Source of the DNA: Yuukianura sp. NJ FZ-2021
Taxonomy: Eukaryota
Direction: 5' to 3'
Assembly: GCA_046563655.1 (NCBI GenBank)
Contig: CM102286.1
Coordinates: forward strand, 124,001 to 188,000
Length of the DNA: 64,000 bases
Below the pieces are notes generated by a model. The model was not told the DNA's origin. It searched no databases and was given only the letters and a program-made list of their open reading frames with translations. This document shows, one piece after another, positions 58,921 through 64,000 of the stretch. The stretch's first letter is position 1; each line of letters begins with the position of its first letter. The position numbers were made by a program, and so were the translations under genes.

Positions 58921-59068
58921 TAGGTTAGGGTTAACCTGACCTAACCTAAGTTGCCCATAGCAACGAATGTATTTTCATGCACATTTATTCACATTTTACA
59001 TAAATACATATGGGTTCGTTTGCATGTAAAATATGAGATTTGCGGACTGTAATTGACACGCAAAAAAG

Positions 59069-59989
59069 TTAGGTCTCCCTGAATGTCATTTTCTTTTTCT
59101 TTGAGCTTTTGGCAAAAGTGTGGTTAGATTGACTATAGCTTTCAAATTCATCATCAGGAGCTGCTGGAGCCTCTTCATCTGGAGCTGCTGCCTCTTCATC
59201 AGGAGCTGCAGCCTCTTCAGCAGGAGCTTCTGCAGCCTCTTCATCAGGAGATTCGCTGTCAGCATCACCATTAACGGTAGTCGTTTTCTTATAACTTTTT
59301 TTCATCTTCTTCATTTGACTCGAACTGAAGCTCGTGTCAGTTGATTCCGGTTCGGCTTGATCATCGCCGCCTTCAGCTATCGTAGTTTTCTTAAAACTTT
59401 TCTTCATTTTTGATTGTTTTGAAAAAGAGGAACTCGTTTCAGAGTCTCCGTTGTCATTACCAGCATCTGGGTCAACCGTCGGTTTTTTCATAGACTTCTT
59501 AGGATCTTTCTTTGCTTGCTCCATCGCAGAAGTGGGAGCCGAATCGGGTGACTCGGGCATATTCGGATCCTCTTCACCATTTTCACTCTTTGTGGTGACT
59601 TTCTTGTGGTGACTCTTGACGACTTTCGTTGTAGAGGTTTGCGTGACAGTTCCTGCGTCAGAATCCGGTTTATTCTTGTGCCACCCCTTCTTCTGCCCCC
59701 TGCCGCCGCCATGCCCTTCGGAGGATGACGATTCGTCGGAACCGCGGAACTTCCCTTTCCCGAACTTCTTGTGACCTCTGTTCCACTTCGTCTTCTCAGG
59801 CAACTCCTCCGGCTCCTCGTCCTCATGTTCATATTCTTTCCTGGCAGGACCCTGCTGACCATCCTTCCCGTGTCCAAACAGTCCAAACAGGTTCAAACCA
59901 GCAGCAAGGTTCGCGTTCAAAAACATCTCCGCAATCGATGGCAAACTGGCAACAACCAGCAACACAAAAATGTTCAACATTAAACCCAT
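59069..59989 (-). CDS. Short paralogue of the acidic/basic block protein, copy A
   Basis: Same upstream flank and N-terminus (MGLMLNIFVLLVVASLPSI); ~306-codon open frame ending KKKMTFRET*. Confidence 0.75.
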   Translation of the reverse strand: MGLMLNIFVLLVVASLPSIAEMFLNANLAAGLNLFGLFGHGKDGQQGPARKEYEHEDEEPEELPEKTKWNRGHKKFGKGKFRGSDESSSSEGHGGGRGQKKGWHKNKPDSDAGTVTQTSTTKVVKSHHKKVTTKSENGEEDPNMPESPDSAPTSAMEQAKKDPKKSMKKPTVDPDAGNDNGDSETSSSFSKQSKMKKSFKKTTIAEGGDDQAEPESTDTSFSSSQMKKMKKSYKKTTTVNGDADSESPDEEAAEAPAEEAAAPDEEAAAPDEEAPAAPDDEFESYSQSNHTFAKSSKKKKMTFRET

Positions 59990-60901
59990 GATTACACCTT
60001 TGCTCAACAAACGCCTAAATCAAACTGAAACTTCTGAAGTGACCTGTCATTCCAATCAGGTCAAATTCTACTTTTCAATTTTTATTGTTGGCCAAACAAC
60101 TTCCTCGTTTGGTCAACAATGGCATTCTGTTCTTCCTCATCGTTTTTACAACTATAACTGAAATATTGTTTCAGCATTTACGATTTATCGGTAAAAATAC
60201 CAACAAAGAAAATGTACAATTAACAAAAAAAATTATAATTAACAAAAAAAAAATATGCTGTGTAGCAAATAGATGCTTAGGAAATATTGCTGATTTTTCG
60301 GCCAAAGGAAATGAAAATATGTTCGTTTGCATGTCAAAGATGAGATTTCCGGACTATGATTGACATGGAAAAAAAGTTTGGAAAGAATAAGAAAAATCAC
60401 AATTTCAATGGTGAGCATTGAAATTTTGGTTTTTATTATTTATCATTCAGTCAGTGATATTTTTGTGTCGGACTTTTTGAAAATGTTTTCAGAACTCGTC
60501 CATTAATATGAACTTTTGTTTAGAATTTGTAGCGACAGTGTTGCTTTCAATTTTTTGGAGACCAGAAAGTGGTGCATATAAATTTTGGGAATGTGACAAA
60601 AAGTAAAAGTTCAACAAAAGACAAATTGTTGTACTGTTAATATTATTATTTGAATAATTTATTTATTTTAGTAAACTCCGCAACTGTCGTGGCTTCAGAG
60701 AATCTATGCAGTCTAATCACATGTGCTTCGTAAATAATGCTTTGTGGTTGCACTTGCAGATAAATTAAATTCCAATTCTAGAATTTTGCTAATCTGACGT
60801 TATCGTTTTTTTTTTTACAAAAATTAAAAGCAAGACGCAGCATAGGTTCAAGTTAAGGATTTCGCATAAGTACTATAATATTCACTCTGGAGTACAACAA
60901 C

Positions 60902-60974
60902 GGCTCCATAGCTCAACGGTTAGAGCGCTTGCCTAGTAAGCAAGAGGTTGCGAGTTCGATTCTCGCTGGAGCCT
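60902..60974 (+). tRNA. tRNA-Thr (AGT)
   Basis: GGCTCCA/TGGAGCC acceptor stem, anticodon arm CTTGC-CTAGTAA-GCAAG, T arm GCGAG-TTCGATT-CTCGC, TTTTTT terminator. Confidence 0.96.
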
Positions 60975-61473
60975 AATTTTTTGCATAGTTTTTCTCAATT
61001 CAACAGCTATTCTACTCTACATGGACGCTATGTATGAAATAGGTTTTCTTTTTATGACCTTTCAACTTTTTGTCCAACTTTAATTAATTTTTTTTTGTAA
61101 CTGATGAATCCTCTGAATTTATATAATTTTTATTTATCTGAGCCTAGAAAACAAAGATCATAAAAGACCAATACCTAACACTACATTACCAAAGCACAGC
61201 GCCCTTCAAAAAGTACTGGAAATTGAATCAGCTGCTGGTTTTGCAGCTGACATGGGAGTGAGTACAATTAACTTGTTATAAAAGAAAGCCTTAACAAAGA
61301 TGAATGCAGAAAATGAGGCATAACATATCGTATTTGTACTTAATATTTACACTTTTGTAGTTGGCTCTGTTGACCCTCCGGTATTCAAGCAGTTCGTGAC
61401 CCAAATGACGATTTGAACGGAGGCAGAAGTTATGTCGAATTAAGAATAGAATGCCAAGTACAAGTTAAAGTAA

Positions 61474-61802
61474 TCAATTGGCCGTCTCACAAGCATCTAC
61501 CCAGTCATTGTACACGTCCACTGCCTCTGACAAGTAGTTGATCGTCGTTTGGTAGCACTCCAGACACACACGACACGTTATCCTCCCCGTGTTCCTCGTC
61601 TTGTCCCTACACAATCAATCATCATCACTTAGCAACTGAAACGTTTTTAGTCAAAACATAACCAAGACATTTGAATTGAAAGTTACAGTTTGACTTCGCA
61701 GCTCTTCTCGTGGTTGCAGAAAGGGCAGTTGAATTGTGTCTCGAGGGGCTCAATGGACTTGACCTTGGCTGGTGGCTTCCTCTTGCTCTTCTTCTTACCC
61801 AT
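61474..61802 (-). CDS. ELOF1: Transcription elongation factor 1 homolog (absent from the ORF track)
   Basis: Exons 61802-61687 and 61606-61474: [82 protein letters not shown]. Confidence 0.96.
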
Positions 61803-63266
61803 CACGATTACTAATTAGAATTTTGAACCAAAAACACAAGTTATTACAATTTTAAGTCCTTTCATTCTTCATTGTTTTACGAAGAGTGAGTAACTATTCT
61901 CAATACTTGCGTATCAAATGTACAACTGATGATTACTGTACTCAGTTACTTACCAACTTCAAAATTTGGATTATCGTTACTGCCAAATCCCGGGAATTTT
62001 CAAAAACAAACAGTGATGGTGGTGGATATGAGAAAACAAAATGGGATAAAGAATGGGAAATGAAATTGAACAAAAACAAAAAGTTTTTAGGTGTTTTGAA
62101 TTTGAATTTTGCCGCAAACGCAGAGAAGAGCGGCAGCTGTGGTTGAGACTTGCTTCTCCCATTTTAAAATGTTCAAACAATAAAAACTTGTAGTACTTTT
62201 ATTTATGCATTGACGCCACTAACCTTTCAACAAGCGATGAGTTACTAACTAAACTGCATTTAAATTAAAGTTGATTGTGGAAAAAATACTTTTGTTTAAG
62301 TGTTGACTTGAATGCAAGAGTTTTTATTCATCTTAAAATTCCAAGTTAGTATGCTGACTTGGATTGAAACATTTAAAAACAGCGTGGAAGTAATATGCTT
62401 ACATCACAATACTAATACGGGTGGTAATTAATACTTTTTAAGTATAATAAACTTAATTCTTAAACACTTTACTTTTAACAAACTGTTTACCAAAGCTAGA
62501 AGTTAGGATCTGCTTAAAGTTAGTTCAGTGTATAAAACTTTGTAGAATAAAGTCACATATTTTAGATTACAAACTTAATGTTTTATCAAACATGTTAATT
62601 AAATTAAAATAGGAAGGTTGTAAAACGGAGAGCTGATAGTTTTTAACAGTAAAACAAGAGCAACTAATTTCTTAAATTAGTATATGATTTGCTTTGATTG
62701 AAAGTGATATTGGCAGCAGTTTTAAAATTTTAAATTATTGGTACTGTTTGTGGTAACATTGCATATTTTTGTGTTAAGTTGGGCGGAATTTTGAAATGAA
62801 AGTGTTTTTTCGAAATGGCCGCTTCAGTATTAGTTGTTGTGCTCCGAAAAGTAATTGACATGGACAGTTTGTGACAGCAATTGTAGTTACAAATTGACAA
62901 TTAAATACTTAAACGTTAAAGTTACAATAATTAAAAATCTCAGTTTACATTCATTTACACTTGCGTTGTGTAGATTCCTGACTTTTAACATTCACTTAAG
63001 TTATGCTAAAAGTTTTAAAATGTATACAAAAGTTATGCATTTTGTGCTGAACAATTCCAGAGATTCTTTACAATTGCAGATCAGTTTGCCTTCCCTTTGC
63101 TAAACTCAAAAATAAAGCCCTAACAATAACATTCCAGTTCAGATCCAAGTTACAAGTCTACAACGTAACATATAACCCTAACATCGTAACCATCGTAACC
63201 ACCGTAACTTATGACAAGCCAGCATGGTTACGATGGTTACCACCACTACTAAAGCGGTGGTGGCGA

Positions 63267-63838
63267 CTACTTCTTGGGGCTGCCATTCAAACTTCCCTTT
63301 GGACTTTTGTTTCCTTCGTCCAAAACATTTTGTCCGCCGAGAGGAACTACGCCCACGATTTCTGCGTACTCCGTTTTGTCGTCCACGCAACGCACAACTG
63401 GCTTCCCACCACCCGTCTCGTTGACCAAATCCAGCTCTGCATACACGATATCCTCTGCCTTCTTCTCATGCGGAGACTCTATAGCAGCAACTCCCTCTTT
63501 CTCACTCTAGAAACCAAAATTTTGAAAAGTTAAAAAAATTTCAAAATTTCAAAATTTGGAAAACATACTTTGGTGGGATCTTCCTCAGCGGCTGGAGTCG
63601 TTTTGTCCTTCTTTTTGGCAACCAAGTTTTCGTAGATGGCGCTAAGACGAGAAGACAAGCTTTGTGTCACGGTGACTGGCTTCTCCTCTGCGCCGACTCC
63701 AGCCCCACTCTCTCCATCCATACTATGAATGGAAATAAATATATTAATTAAAATAACTTATTTAATTGACATTTAATTTATATTAATTTAAATAATTCGA
63801 ATCTTACCGCTCCTTTTCTGATGCCGTTCCGTCATCTC
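63267..63838 (-). CDS. 3' exons of a probable single-pass receptor/adhesion protein (cytoplasmic tail; possibly Fasciclin-3-like)
   Basis: Exons ~63838-63807, ~63722-63569, 63507-63267 encode ...SAIYENL...EDIVYAELDL...DDKTEYAEIV...SPKK*. The ectodomain lies outside the window. Confidence 0.65.
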
Positions 63839-64000
63839 CTGGAAAAAGGGAAACAAAATATTTAAAATGGAAAATTTTAAAATAAAATGACTCCCACCAA
63901 AGAGTGCTTGACTATTTAAATTTCACAACTCATTTTATTATACTTTGATTATTCAAATAAGCTAAATAACAAAGTTAAGCTAAAATTGATTAATAATATA

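Noticed and set aside
50402..59989. Protocadherin/UGT1-style variable first exons spliced to one constant exon
   Set aside because: Copy B has in-frame stops before its donor and copy A has lost the donor, so only C can join the last exon in frame.
63178..63390. Arg-rich 70-aa ORF
   Set aside because: Off-frame overlap with the spliced YAEL/YAEI exon and the UTR repeat.

Overview
Gene-dense eukaryotic genomic DNA with short GT-AG introns, most consistent with a compact arthropod genome (the taxon is inferred). There is one 100-N scaffold gap and no CRISPR or prokaryotic operon. Gene order: C2H2 zinc-finger gene (-), PTB/hephaestus (-), FHA + tandem-repeat protein (+), lysosomal-type acid phosphatase (+), RpL4 (-), ABCG half-transporter (+), DPH1 (-), G2E3/PHF7-like ePHD-RING gene (+), COX8 (-), an uncharacterised secreted/membrane protein (-), a small cuticle-like peptide (+), CHD1 (+), tRNA-Cys, three tandem paralogues of an acidic/basic block mucin-like protein (-), tRNA-Thr, ELOF1 (-), and the 3' end of a receptor-like gene (-). 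Highlights: (1) a Ki-67/MDC1-like protein with FHA, KRLSYG, more than 20 TP-bearing repeats and an LRSR tail beyond an in-frame TAG; (2) five consecutive RpL4 introns each carry a snoRNA or candidate: two U18 copies, a dual-guide C/D RNA, another C/D candidate and an H/ACA RNA; (3) the 34-nt PTB autoregulatory-type exon flanked by UCUU-rich introns; (4) the block-polyampholyte gene triplet, with a degenerate trypsin-like motif, inverted 131-bp repeat arrays and flanking tRNAs; (5) a cytoplasmic tail with a PD-1-like ITIM+ITSM pair. Three single-base frameshifts suggest assembly indel errors. All homology calls come from motif recognition, not database searches.
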